Assembly: GCF_049075655.1 (NCBI RefSeq)
Contig: NZ_CP157522.1
Coordinates: 1,152,001-1,216,000, forward strand
Reading direction: 5' to 3'
Source of the DNA: Methanothermococcus sp. Ax23
GTDB taxonomy: Archaea > AGJL01 > Methanococci > Methanococcales > Methanococcaceae
DNA: 64,000 bases
Below, one piece after another: positions 22,941 through 33,354 of this stretch (position 1 is its first letter; every line of letters starts with the position of its first letter). The position numbers were made by a program, and so were the translations under genes. The notes under the pieces were generated by a model. It saw only the letters and a list, made by a program, of their open reading frames with translations, was not told the DNA's origin and made no database searches.

Positions 22941-23113
22941 TGTGTAATCTCAACCTGTATGTAAATGACGAGCTCACCATGGAGGATGTCATGGTTGTTG
23001 AAAAAAAGGATGGTAAAATAATAGCAGTTGATTTATTTGGTGATGTGAAGGAGCTCGACGGGGAAATAATAAAGATTGATTTAAATGAAAATAAAATAGT
23101 AATAAAAAATTAA
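22940..23113 (+). CDS. CooT-family nickel-binding protein, 57 aa (below the ORF-track cutoff)
   Basis: MCNLNLYVNDELTMEDVMVVEKKDGKIIAVDLFGDVKELDGEIIKIDLNENKIVIKN; N-terminal MC, MEDV and DLFG; GGTGA RBS. Confidence 0.85.
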   Translation: MCNLNLYVNDELTMEDVMVVEKKDGKIIAVDLFGDVKELDGEIIKIDLNENKIVIKN

Positions 23114-23125
23114 TGGTGATAATAT

Positions 23126-23521
23126 ATGGTGGTAAGAAGTTGGAGACATATTAATGAAAGATACAATCTTATAGGAACAAGATGTAAAACTTGTGGGACA
23201 GTTTATTTTCCTTCAAGAAATGTATGTCCAAAATGTAGGAGGAAAGGAGATATTGAACAATACAAACTCAGCGGAAAAGGAAAAATATATACATATTCCA
23301 TAATACACACACCACCAAAGGATTTTGAAAAATTGGCACCTTATGTAATAGCAATAATAGAATTAGATGAGGGTCCAAAACTAACTGCACAGGTTGATTG
23401 CGATATTGATAAAGTTCAAATTGGCATGCCTGTGGAAGTGGCATTCAGAAGGATAAAAGAAGATGGTAAGGATGGAGTGATTAATTACGGATATAAATTC
23501 AGACCTGTTGAAGAATTATAA
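23126..23521 (+). CDS. DUF35 Zn-ribbon/OB-fold scaffold of the thiolase-HMGCS complex
   Basis: RCKTCGTVYFPSRNVCPKC, GKIYTYS, YGYKFRP. Confidence 0.92.
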   Translation: MVVRSWRHINERYNLIGTRCKTCGTVYFPSRNVCPKCRRKGDIEQYKLSGKGKIYTYSIIHTPPKDFEKLAPYVIAIIELDEGPKLTAQVDCDIDKVQIGMPVEVAFRRIKEDGKDGVINYGYKFRPVEEL

Positions 23522-23578
23522 TTAATTATTTATATTATTTTTAAATTATTTTTAGTTATTATCTATTAAGGTGTAATA

Positions 23579-23962
23579 ATGCACGAATTGTCCTATGCAA
23601 CATCAATATTGAATACAATTTTAGATTCAATAAATAATCAAGATTTAGAAGGTAAAAAAGTTAAAAGGGTTTCTAAAATAAATTTAGAGATTGGAGAATT
23701 GACATTTATAAACTTTGAGCAGTTAAAATTCGCATTTGAAGTAATTGCAGAATCCACAATATGTGAAGGTGCAGAGATGGTGGCAGAATTTGTAAAAGCG
23801 CATATTGTATGTAATAATTGTGGATATGAAGGAGATTTAGAAGCAAAAGATGAATTTGATGTTTCATGTCCAAGATGTGGGAGTTTATCTTTGAGGATAA
23901 AAGGTGGAAAAGAGTTTAACATAAAAAATGCAGTTGTAGAATTCGAAGATGAAGATAAATAA
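23579..23962 (+). CDS. hypA: Hydrogenase maturation nickel chaperone
   Basis: MHELSYA, CNNCG, CPRCGS, GGKE. Confidence 0.95.
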   Translation: MHELSYATSILNTILDSINNQDLEGKKVKRVSKINLEIGELTFINFEQLKFAFEVIAESTICEGAEMVAEFVKAHIVCNNCGYEGDLEAKDEFDVSCPRCGSLSLRIKGGKEFNIKNAVVEFEDEDK

Positions 23963-23967
23963 AAAAA

Positions 23968-25251
23968 TTATATTTTTATTTTATCACATAACCTTGGAGT
24001 AAATGTATTAAATCCTTCTCCAATTGCCCATTCTTTAAATGCATTTATAGAATCTTCTTCTCCATGCTGTATTATTAGATTCTCAGGATTTGTCTTTTTT
24101 ACGATTGTTCTTAATTCGTCCATACCTGCATGTGCGGAGAATTCATAAAAGGATATTTCAAATTTTGGCTCTATTAACATCTCTCCAATTGGAAATTTTC
24201 CAGTTTCAAGAAGTATCCTTCCAGCAGTATTTTTTACTTGATAACCTGTGAATATCAAGGAGCTCCTATGGTCATTCCAGAAGTTGCTTATATATTTTAT
24301 CACAGGTCCTCCATTAAGCATCCCAGCAGTGCTGACTACTACACCACCATTTTCCTTTAAATCTTTCATCACATGGTGCCTCTCATCACTTTCCACTACA
24401 TAGGTATTTGAAAATACTCTTTTAAGCTTTTTATGGTTCCGAATGTATTTAGGGTGCTGCCTTAACATAATCCTTGTTATCTTTGCCCCCATTCCATCAA
24501 GGTATATTGGATTATCCAAATTCAAATTGCTGAGCATTAAAATTGCCTCCTGACTTCTATCAACTGCAAAGGCAGGAATTATTGCAGCCCCTCCCCTTTC
24601 CACAGTTTCTTTTACTTTATCTAAAAATTCTTTTTCAAGCTGTTTTCTATCAGGATGACATCTGTTTCCGTATGTTGATTCAATAATTAAAATATCTATA
24701 TCATTATCGCAAAAACTTAAATCTGCCCCATTTGTGAGCCTTGTTTTTGAAAGCTTAATATCGCCAGTGTATAGAACCTTCTTGTTATTGGCATAATTTA
24801 AATAAATTGAAGCACTTCCTGGAATATGTCCAGCATCAAAAAATGTATATTCAAAATCCCTCATGGCATATGTGATTCCATATTCCACATTTTTATTATG
24901 GTGGAGTGTTTTGTTAATATCTCCCTTATTAAATGGGAGCTCTCTATTTTCCTCTATGCCTATTTTTAATGAATCTTTTAGGAGCTCCTTTGTCAGAGCC
25001 TTTGTCATTGAAGTTGAATATATTGGACAGTGCATCTGCAAATGAGATAGTATAGGTAAAGAACCTGTATGGTCAAGATGAGCATGTGATACAAAAACAG
25101 CATCAGGATACAATTTATTTAATATTGGATATTCCGAATTATCCTCAGACAATTTTACCCCGCAGTCAAGGAGTATATTGCTGTTATCACTTCTAATTTC
25201 TATACAACTTCTTCCTACTTCCATTGCTCCTCCCCTAAATAAAATATCCAT
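23968..25251 (-). CDS. beta-CASP metallo-beta-lactamase ribonuclease
   Basis: EVGRSC, SHAHLDH, AGHIPGS, ESTYG, FSAHA, HGE. Confidence 0.9.
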   Translation of the reverse strand: MDILFRGGAMEVGRSCIEIRSDNSNILLDCGVKLSEDNSEYPILNKLYPDAVFVSHAHLDHTGSLPILSHLQMHCPIYSTSMTKALTKELLKDSLKIGIEENRELPFNKGDINKTLHHNKNVEYGITYAMRDFEYTFFDAGHIPGSASIYLNYANNKKVLYTGDIKLSKTRLTNGADLSFCDNDIDILIIESTYGNRCHPDRKQLEKEFLDKVKETVERGGAAIIPAFAVDRSQEAILMLSNLNLDNPIYLDGMGAKITRIMLRQHPKYIRNHKKLKRVFSNTYVVESDERHHVMKDLKENGGVVVSTAGMLNGGPVIKYISNFWNDHRSSLIFTGYQVKNTAGRILLETGKFPIGEMLIEPKFEISFYEFSAHAGMDELRTIVKKTNPENLIIQHGEEDSINAFKEWAIGEGFNTFTPRLCDKIKI

Positions 25252-25427
25252 ATAATCCCCTCTTTTACTTTTTAACCTATCAGTATATATCTATCTATAT
25301 CTATTATTATATATTGTGTGGTTATCATATAATTACATAGCGGTTTAAAACTATATTGTGTTATATTTATATACCATTTAATATCAAAAATGGTATTTAT
25401 GAAAATTTTAAACGAGAAAGTGAAATC

Positions 25428-28400
25428 ATGACTGATTTGATAATCTGTGAGAAACCAAATGTGGCAAAAAAAATAGCAAATGCACTGGGGAATCCTAAAA
25501 AGAAATCAGACAACGGAGTTCCATACTACGAATTGGAAAGGAATGGAAAAAAAATAATCGTTGCATCTGCTGTTGGACATTTATTTACATTGGAAGAAGT
25601 AAAAACCGATAAAAAGAAAAAATTTGGAGAATATCCTGTTTTTGACATACGATGGGCTCCTGCTTCAACTATAAAGGGGAAAGAATATGTTCAAAAATAT
25701 ATAAACACGCTGAAAAAACTTGCAAAAGAAGCTGATGAGTTTTACATAGCATCAGACTGGGATATTGAAGGAGAATTAATTGGTTATCATGCACTATATT
25801 ACTGTTGCGGAAAAAAAGATGCAAAAAGAATGAGATTTTCAAGTTTAACTAAAAATGAAATTGTTAAAGCATACGAGAATCCCGATAAAATAGATTTCGG
25901 GCTTGTTGATGCGGGGGATAGCAGGCATAAGGTAGATTGGTATTATGGTATAAATGTTTCAAGAGCTCTGATGCAGTCCATAAGGGCAGTCAATAGATGG
26001 CAGACAATGAGCACAGGTAGGGTTCAAGGTCCTGCACTATCATTTTTAGTTGATAGGGAGCTGGAAATAAGAAAGTTTGTCCCAACACCATACTGGGTAA
26101 TCGGAGCTCTCTTAAAGGACGAAATAACGGCAATTCATGAAAAGGATAAATTTTGGGATGAAAAGGAAGCTAATGAAATTTACAATAAAATAAAGGGTGA
26201 AAAAGAGGCAGTAGTTTCAAGTGTTAAAAAAACTAAGAAAAAGATAAAACCAAATCCACCATTTGATTTGGGGACATTGCAAAGGGAAGCACATAGGGCA
26301 TTTAGATTCTCACCAAAAAAGACGCAGGAGATTGCACAGAAACTTTATGAGCAAGGATTATGCCTTCATCCTGATACATTAGTAGCACTACCAAATGGAA
26401 TTAAAAAAATCAAGGATTTGGATGAAAAAGGGGAAGTTTTATGTTTAGATGATGATTTAAAATTAACAAAATCCAGATATAAACTTTTAAAAAGGACTGT
26501 AAAAGAAAAATTAATAAAAATTACATTAAATGATGGAACTGAGCTCATCACAACAAAAGAACATCCAGTTTTGGTATATAGGGATGGATTAATATTTGTC
26601 CCTTCCGAGGAACTAAAAGAAAACGAACAGACAATAATGTTTATAAATATTTCCGAAAAAAGATTTAATTCTAAACTACAAAAATCAAAGATTTTCGAAT
26701 CCAGTAGGAAAACTAAATTTATTGATTTTATATTGGAAAATTTAAATGGCGATAAGGATTACATTCTTATAGAACCATCGCTCACAAAAAAGATTCAAAA
26801 ATTAATAGCAAGTGATAAATCAAGAAAACAAATTATGGAGATATTTGGAATTAAAGAACCGACATACTATAAATATTTAAGGACAGGAAAAATACCAATA
26901 AAGATTATAAAATACTTAATTGATAAAGATGTTATTTCAAAAAAAGACATAGAAAGTAATTATTTAGGATTTTGCTATGGAACTTCCACAATTCCCGTAA
27001 ATATTGAATTCACCAATGATTTTTGGTATCTTTATGGGTATGTCATTGGAGATGGGCATTTGGCGAATAAGGGGAAGATAACAATACCTGCAAAGGACAG
27101 GAGTAGGGAAAAAGAAATAATAAACGCTATAATACAATCATGCGAAAGTCTTAACTTAAATTGGAGATATGATAAATACAAGGTAATACACATATCTTCA
27201 AAATCACTAACAAGGATTTTTGAAGTATTGGGCTGTCCATATGGAAACAAAACGGAGATATTCGATATTCCAAATATTGTGTTTGAAGATGTTAATTATA
27301 TTGCATCACTATTGGCGGGATACTATGATGCTGATGGACATTTTAGCATTAAAAAAACAGGATGTAATAACAACTCACCACAAATAAAACTAACATCAAA
27401 AAATATAAATGTTTTGAGGAAAATAAAAAACATATTGCAGTTTTTAGGAATCGGCGGATATATATGGACAAAGAGAAATAATACTGGAGAAATTGAAGGA
27501 CACGACTTAAATATATATTCAAAAGATGCAGGTAAGTTTTATGATTTAATGATAAATCATATCAGAGTTAAAAGAGATGAATTACAAAAAGTTAAAGAAT
27601 TATCCATTAGGGATTATAAAAAATACTCTCATCATTACAGCATTATTTATGCAAATTGGGAAAATAAATTTAAATCAGGAATAATACAAAAATTCAATTT
27701 ATCAAACCAAGTTTCAAAAAATAAAGGGTTAAGTTTAAACAAATTAAGGGAACTTTCTGAATATTTAACAGATAACGATTTAAAAAGGATATCGAAAGGC
27801 GATGTGTATATATCAAAAATTAAAGAAATTAAAGAAATTGAATATGAGGGTGAAGTCTATGACTTAACAGTTGAAACATATCATAATTTCATAGCAAATG
27901 GGGTAATTGTCCATAACTGTTCATATCCAAGAACAAGCTCTCAAAAACTTCCAAAGGATGAAAATTACATAAAGGATATTTTAACTAAAATTTTAAAACA
28001 TGGGGATTATAAAAAATATGCCGAGCTCATTTTAAATGAAAATAGGAAGCCAATAGAAGGTAAAAAAAGCGACCCTGCACACCCTGCAATACACTTTGTA
28101 GATATTCCAAAAGAGCCGCTGGCTGATGACGAGAAAAAATTATACGATTTAATTGTAAGAAGAACATTAGCAACCTTTTGGGATGATGCAGAAAGGGAAT
28201 ATATCAATGTAGTATTGAACATTGGCGGTGAAAACTTTAAACTCAGCGGTTCAAGAACTGTAAAAGAAGGATGGCATGAGATATATTACTTCACAAAGTT
28301 TGATGAAAAGGAGCTCCCAAGTTTAAGAAAAAACAATAAAATACCTGTTGAAAAGATAACCATTGAAAGAAAGGAAACAAAACCACCTAAAAGATATACA

Positions 28401-31004
28401 ATGGCATCAATTATAAAGGAGTTGGAAAATAGACAGTTGGGGACAAAATGTTTAACTTCTGATACACTAATTAAGGTCAAGATTAACGATAAAATTGAAA
28501 ATTTAAAAATTGGAGAATTATTTGAAATGCTAAACGAGAAATTTTGCAAAAATAATGTTGAATTTGCCACCAACAATAATAAAATTAAATGTATCTCATA
28601 TAATGAAAATGGAAACATTGTAGAAAGTGAATTTGAATTCATTAGTAGAAGAAAATTATGTGATAATGAAAGAGTTTATAAAATTGAATTTAATGATGGC
28701 AGTTATATTGAAGCTACTGACGAACATCCAATTTTAATATACGATAATAAAGAGCATATTAAATATGTTAGAACCAAAGATTTAGATAAGGGGATGAAGT
28801 GCATATATTCAATAAAATACTCTGATAAAGAAGGAAAAATATTTTGTAATTGGGATGAATTTGTTGAAAAATGCAATGAAAAATCAAAGTTATACGGTTT
28901 AACTGATGAAGTTAAGGATTTAAGAGAAAAATTAAACCTATCAAAACATAAGTTTTCAGAGAGATTTGGAATTAGTTATACTCAAACTTGGAAATATGAA
29001 GAAAATAAAAGAGTTCCGTTGTATTTGTTTAATCGATTAGGGCTGAAAAAGCCAAAATATATAACTTCTACAAACCCAAAACTATCAATTAAAAACCCAT
29101 TTCCATTAGGATATTCAAGTTCATTGATTAGAATTATATCTCATTTAGTAGGGGATGGCTCTATCTATAAAAAAGGAATAACAAAGGAGAATGTTTATGA
29201 TTTTAGATACCACAACACAGATATGGATTTAATTACTCAGTTCGTTGATGATGTGGAAAATGTATTTGGTATTAGATTAACCGTTAAAAAAGCAAAACCT
29301 AAATTGGTAAAAAATAAAACAAGATACTGCAAAGAAAAATATTATGTGCAAATCCCAGCAGTAGTTGGAAGAGTGCTTGCAATACTATTTCCTGAAATTG
29401 TCAATAAGAATGCCCCTAAGTTCCCAAAAGAATTCTATCCAGAATACATTGGAGCGTTGTTTGATGATGAAGGATGCGTAGTTGAGAATGAATGCAAATT
29501 GTTTATATCAAATACAAATTTTGATTTGTTAGAAGATATTAAAAAGATGCTGTTAGAATTAGGCATCGAATCAAGACTTGATAAAAATCAATTTAAACTA
29601 TATATTAAAGGAAGAAAAAATACTCAGAAGTTTTTAAATAAAATACCATTCATTTCAGTTGATAAAAAACAGAAGTTAATTAATGCACTATCTAATAAAT
29701 ACGCTGGAAGCGATGAAAAGAATTCGATTGTATGGAAAGAAAAATCCATAATAGCGGCATTGGGACACAATGAAATGGGACTAACTTCAAAAGAAATAAG
29801 AGATATTGCTAATATATCTGATTCAATTATTGGAGATTATTTGAGAGAATTAATTAACAATGGAATTGTGGAGAAAATTACCGTTGGTATTAGCGAATAT
29901 CCCAGAAAAAAAATTATCTACAAATGTAAATTAAATCCTAATGATTTATTTTATAAATACATTGGTGAAAAAGTCATAAATAAGGACTTTATTACAAAAA
30001 CAATATCAAACATTGAAATTATTGACTATAATGGATATGTTTATGACATAGTAAATTCAAAGTATTCAAATTTTATAGCAAATGGCATTGTGGTTCATAA
30101 CTCAACCAGAGCCGACATTGTAGAAAAACTTGTAAAAAGAGGATATTTAATCGATGACGGCTCATTAAAAGTGACTGATTTAGGAATAGCAGTAATTGAA
30201 ACCCTTAAAAAATACTGCCCTGAAATAATCGATGAGCAGATGACAAGAGAGCTGGAAAAGAAACTGGATAGATTGCAGAAAGGAACTATAAAAAAAGAGA
30301 CCGTTTTAAAAGATGCTGAAAATAAGTTAAGGGCGATACTTGAAGAGGTTAAAAAGAAGGAAAAAGAGATTGGAAAGGAACTGGTGGAAAAGATAGATGC
30401 AACAAACAAATCTTTAAAAACTGTTGGTAAGTGCGAATGTGGCGGGGATTTGATAATAATCAGGACAAAAGGCAAAAAAAGATTTATAGGATGCACAAAC
30501 TATCCAGAATGCACAAAAACTTATCCATTACCTCAGAAGGGAAGAATAAAGGTTTTAAATGAAACCTGTGAAGTTTGCGGAGCTCCGGTGATAAGCATAG
30601 ATAAACAGAAAGTTTGTATAAATCCAGAATGTCCTTCAAAAATATCCAGTGAAGAGAAAAAAGAAATAGAAAAAGCTGAAAAAGCTGAAAAAACCTGTCC
30701 AAAATGTGGTGGAAAGCTAATAATTAAAAAAGGAATTTATGGCGTATTTTTAGGTTGTGAAAATTATCCAAAGTGTAGATATACGGAAAAGCTGAACGGT
30801 AAAAATGAAGCTGAAAAACATGAAAAAGTAATAGTAGGTAAATGTCCTGACTGCGGCGGAGATTTAATAATAAGGAAGGGAAGATTTGGGGAATTTATAG
30901 GATGTTCCAATTACCCAAAGTGCAGGCATACTGAAAAAATCAAAAAGAACGATGATAATAAAGAGAAGAAAGGGAAGAAAGAAAAAGAGGAGAATAAAAA
31001 ATAA
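25428..31004 (+). CDS. topA: DNA topoisomerase I (type IA) precursor with two inteins; about 788 aa after splicing; C-terminal Zn ribbons
   Basis: LIICEKP, ASDWDIEGE, STGRVQGP, catalytic SYPRT, LGTK|STRA, repeated C4 zinc fingers. Confidence 0.96.
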   Translation: MTDLIICEKPNVAKKIANALGNPKKKSDNGVPYYELERNGKKIIVASAVGHLFTLEEVKTDKKKKFGEYPVFDIRWAPASTIKGKEYVQKYINTLKKLAKEADEFYIASDWDIEGELIGYHALYYCCGKKDAKRMRFSSLTKNEIVKAYENPDKIDFGLVDAGDSRHKVDWYYGINVSRALMQSIRAVNRWQTMSTGRVQGPALSFLVDRELEIRKFVPTPYWVIGALLKDEITAIHEKDKFWDEKEANEIYNKIKGEKEAVVSSVKKTKKKIKPNPPFDLGTLQREAHRAFRFSPKKTQEIAQKLYEQGLCLHPDTLVALPNGIKKIKDLDEKGEVLCLDDDLKLTKSRYKLLKRTVKEKLIKITLNDGTELITTKEHPVLVYRDGLIFVPSEELKENEQTIMFINISEKRFNSKLQKSKIFESSRKTKFIDFILENLNGDKDYILIEPSLTKKIQKLIASDKSRKQIMEIFGIKEPTYYKYLRTGKIPIKIIKYLIDKDVISKKDIESNYLGFCYGTSTIPVNIEFTNDFWYLYGYVIGDGHLANKGKITIPAKDRSREKEIINAIIQSCESLNLNWRYDKYKVIHISSKSLTRIFEVLGCPYGNKTEIFDIPNIVFEDVNYIASLLAGYYDADGHFSIKKTGCNNNSPQIKLTSKNINVLRKIKNILQFLGIGGYIWTKRNNTGEIEGHDLNIYSKDAGKFYDLMINHIRVKRDELQKVKELSIRDYKKYSHHYSIIYANWENKFKSGIIQKFNLSNQVSKNKGLSLNKLRELSEYLTDNDLKRISKGDVYISKIKEIKEIEYEGEVYDLTVETYHNFIANGVIVHNCSYPRTSSQKLPKDENYIKDILTKILKHGDYKKYAELILNENRKPIEGKKSDPAHPAIHFVDIPKEPLADDEKKLYDLIVRRTLATFWDDAEREYINVVLNIGGENFKLSGSRTVKEGWHEIYYFTKFDEKELPSLRKNNKIPVEKITIERKETKPPKRYTMASIIKELENRQLGTKCLTSDTLIKVKINDKIENLKIGELFEMLNEKFCKNNVEFATNNNKIKCISYNENGNIVESEFEFISRRKLCDNERVYKIEFNDGSYIEATDEHPILIYDNKEHIKYVRTKDLDKGMKCIYSIKYSDKEGKIFCNWDEFVEKCNEKSKLYGLTDEVKDLREKLNLSKHKFSERFGISYTQTWKYEENKRVPLYLFNRLGLKKPKYITSTNPKLSIKNPFPLGYSSSLIRIISHLVGDGSIYKKGITKENVYDFRYHNTDMDLITQFVDDVENVFGIRLTVKKAKPKLVKNKTRYCKEKYYVQIPAVVGRVLAILFPEIVNKNAPKFPKEFYPEYIGALFDDEGCVVENECKLFISNTNFDLLEDIKKMLLELGIESRLDKNQFKLYIKGRKNTQKFLNKIPFISVDKKQKLINALSNKYAGSDEKNSIVWKEKSIIAALGHNEMGLTSKEIRDIANISDSIIGDYLRELINNGIVEKITVGISEYPRKKIIYKCKLNPNDLFYKYIGEKVINKDFITKTISNIEIIDYNGYVYDIVNSKYSNFIANGIVVHNSTRADIVEKLVKRGYLIDDGSLKVTDLGIAVIETLKKYCPEIIDEQMTRELEKKLDRLQKGTIKKETVLKDAENKLRAILEEVKKKEKEIGKELVEKIDATNKSLKTVGKCECGGDLIIIRTKGKKRFIGCTNYPECTKTYPLPQKGRIKVLNETCEVCGAPVISIDKQKVCINPECPSKISSEEKKEIEKAEKAEKTCPKCGGKLIIKKGIYGVFLGCENYPKCRYTEKLNGKNEAEKHEKVIVGKCPDCGGDLIIRKGRFGEFIGCSNYPKCRHTEKIKKNDDNKEKKGKKEKEENKK
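26361..27917 (+). mobile_element. Intein 1 of topA (519 aa) with LAGLIDADG homing endonuclease
   Basis: Starts CLHPDT; block B TKEHP; LYGYVIGDG and LAGYYDADG; ends HNFIANGVIVHN followed by Cys. Confidence 0.95.
28449..30101 (+). mobile_element. Intein 2 of topA (551 aa) with LAGLIDADG homing endonuclease
   Basis: Starts CLTSDT; ATDEHP; ISHLVGDG and IGALFDDEG; ends NFIANGIVVHN followed by Ser. Confidence 0.95.
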
Positions 31005-31077
31005 AAAAGAAGAATAAAATAATTTGCTATTTTTTGTAAGTTATTATTTTTTTAGTTGATATTTTAAATAAATTTTT

Positions 31078-31174
31078 ATTTCCATCCCACTATGGTCTGA
31101 TTTTAACTTTTCAATGCTTTTACAAACCAATCAAAGTCATCTTTATTTCCATCCCACTATGGTCTGATTTTAAC
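31078..31174 (-). CRISPR. Mini CRISPR array: 2 perfect repeats and one 37-bp spacer
   Basis: Repeats at 31078-31107 and 31145-31174 identical to the main-array repeat; spacer TTTTCAATGCTTTTACAAACCAATCAAAGTCATCTTT. Confidence 0.95.
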
Positions 31175-31430
31175 AGTTTAAAATATTCCTTATTTTACAC
31201 TAAATACCTTTGCATTTCTTCTATTTAAAACTTTCGAGTCTCGAATCACAATGATTTTTAGAGTATATATAGTTTTAAGATGATTTACGACAGGTAATTT
31301 ACAAATGTTTAAAGAAATAAATGGTATTATATCCATATTTTTTAAAAATTTAAAAAATTCACAAGGAAAAACTTAAAACAGCCAAAGATACGGCATACCT
31401 AATAAAAATCCCTATAAATTATTAAATTTA
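31175..31430 (-). promoter_or_regulatory. Second copy of the CRISPR leader
   Basis: First 75 bp identical to 14294-14368; alignable with divergence for about 180 bp more. Confidence 0.9.
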
Positions 31431-31822
31431 AATAAATAAAATAATATTAAAAAAGCATCAATCCGAGATTACATATTAATCCTTAAAATAACAAATAATA
31501 AACATAAAATCAATAAAATCAAAAATAAGATTATTTGCCAAGGATAAATACTAATTTAAGAAATTCTAACTATTCCAAAGAACCGTGAAATCCCCCATCT
31601 CCCATCTTCAAAACCATATTTTATAACTAAAATCTAATCAGTAGTAGAGCTCCTACAATCATATTTAATCTAAGTATAAATTGTGAAAAACTTATTAGTT
31701 TTTTATTTTCTATTATCAATATTTTTATACAATAAAAAACAAATTATAAAAGTAAATATGTTATTAATACTAATGTTCATAATAATGACACATACAAAAA
31801 TATATAAAAAGAGGATGATAAT

Positions 31823-33274
31823 ATGGGGTTTTTTGATACAATCACGTCTATTTTTAAGAAAGCTCCTAAAATACACTACGCAAAGTCGCAAACAGTGGAT
31901 TTAATAGAATTAAAGAAAAATCCATATTATATAGTGGCATCCGTTGAATTGGGGAACACCACAACAAAATCCATCATTACCGGAACAAACATGGAAACAG
32001 GAATTACTTACTTAATAAGCAAAGATGTAAAGATGACAAGAGATGTGCGAGCTCCTAAAAAGGGAGAAAAAGTATTTGGAAAAACACTTTGGGGAGTAGA
32101 ATTGACAAAAGAGGCAGTTTCTGACATGGTTAAAGATGTTTTAATCGGAGCTCTAAACAAGGGAAATCTAACAATTGATGATTTGCATTTTGTTGTTAGA
32201 AGTACTGGGGTTACAGCAGGATTTGCATCTCCTGAGGAAATAAGCAACATGATTATAGCACTTGCAGATGGCTGTTTAAAGGCAGGAATTCCACCATCAA
32301 AAATGGCTCCCGCAATGACCAAAAATCAACTTCCGAAACCTTTTGATAACTATACATTAATGGATAAGATAATATTTGATGGTGCAGTTACTGGGGTTGT
32401 TCCACCAACTGGCAAGGAAGTCGTGGCAAATGAAATGGAAGGTGAGCTCGTTACAGCAGGAATAAAAGTAGGTGCAAAATGGACAGATGTTGATTTCAGA
32501 AATCCATGTATGAGTATTGATTTTGGAACTACGCTTGCAGGTAGGATTACAAATGATAATAAACCTTATGCAAATGTTGTTGGAAACCTGTGCGGTTTAG
32601 CTGGGGCTATTGCCGATGCCATTGTTAGAGGTAGTGGATTAGTAAATAAAAACAAAGGAGCCGCATTAGATATTAAAAAGGAAAAGGGCAAGGTAGATAT
32701 AAAACTTGCTGAAAAATATGCAGAAGAGGCACATAATTATATAAAAATATGTGAAGTTCCAAAAAATATGGAAAGATTTGGAACTGTTCCGGTAAATCCT
32801 GAAAGTGCAGAGAAAGCGGGAACTGCATTAATAGGTTGTGATGTTGGGGAGAATGGAAGCGATATTCCTAAACTGGAAGAGATTGGAAGAAAAGTTATGG
32901 AGGAAAGCAATATTCCAACACTGCTATATACTCTTGATATAGTATCGGCTGAAATAACCAAGAAACTCGTGCAGCTTGCAAACCAAAAAGGTCTTGTAAA
33001 TGAAAAAACTGCAATTGGAATAACTGGAAGGGCAGGTATCACAGGAGATAAGCCTAAATTGATAATCGAAAAGTTAGGGGAATTAAATATTTGGGAAAAA
33101 CCAGAGGAAAATATTGTGTTTGTTGAAGATGGTCTTGCATTAGGTTCCAGCATTATGGCAAGATGTATGAATTGCCTTGGAACGCCAAAAAATCCAATTG
33201 GAGGAAATAGAGGAGATAGATGTATATTAGGTGAAAGAAGAAAATGGCAGAAACAGAGAGGAATGATAAAATAA
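31823..33274 (+). CDS. Methanogenesis marker protein 14
   Basis: YYIVASVELGNTTTKSI, FVVRSTGVTAGF, ANEMEGEL, MARCMNCLGTP. Confidence 0.85.
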   Translation: MGFFDTITSIFKKAPKIHYAKSQTVDLIELKKNPYYIVASVELGNTTTKSIITGTNMETGITYLISKDVKMTRDVRAPKKGEKVFGKTLWGVELTKEAVSDMVKDVLIGALNKGNLTIDDLHFVVRSTGVTAGFASPEEISNMIIALADGCLKAGIPPSKMAPAMTKNQLPKPFDNYTLMDKIIFDGAVTGVVPPTGKEVVANEMEGELVTAGIKVGAKWTDVDFRNPCMSIDFGTTLAGRITNDNKPYANVVGNLCGLAGAIADAIVRGSGLVNKNKGAALDIKKEKGKVDIKLAEKYAEEAHNYIKICEVPKNMERFGTVPVNPESAEKAGTALIGCDVGENGSDIPKLEEIGRKVMEESNIPTLLYTLDIVSAEITKKLVQLANQKGLVNEKTAIGITGRAGITGDKPKLIIEKLGELNIWEKPEENIVFVEDGLALGSSIMARCMNCLGTPKNPIGGNRGDRCILGERRKWQKQRGMIK

Positions 33275-33354
33275 AAGATAATAAAAATAATAAAAATATT
33301 ATAAAAAATAAAAATACACTTATTAATTTTTTTATAAAATTAAAAAAATATATT

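Noticed and set aside
25356-25427. Upstream extensions of ORF-track starts (topA 25356, DUF63 16821, HMG-CoA synthase 19160, smc 43687)
   Set aside because: RBS position and family N-termini favour the downstream ATG in each case
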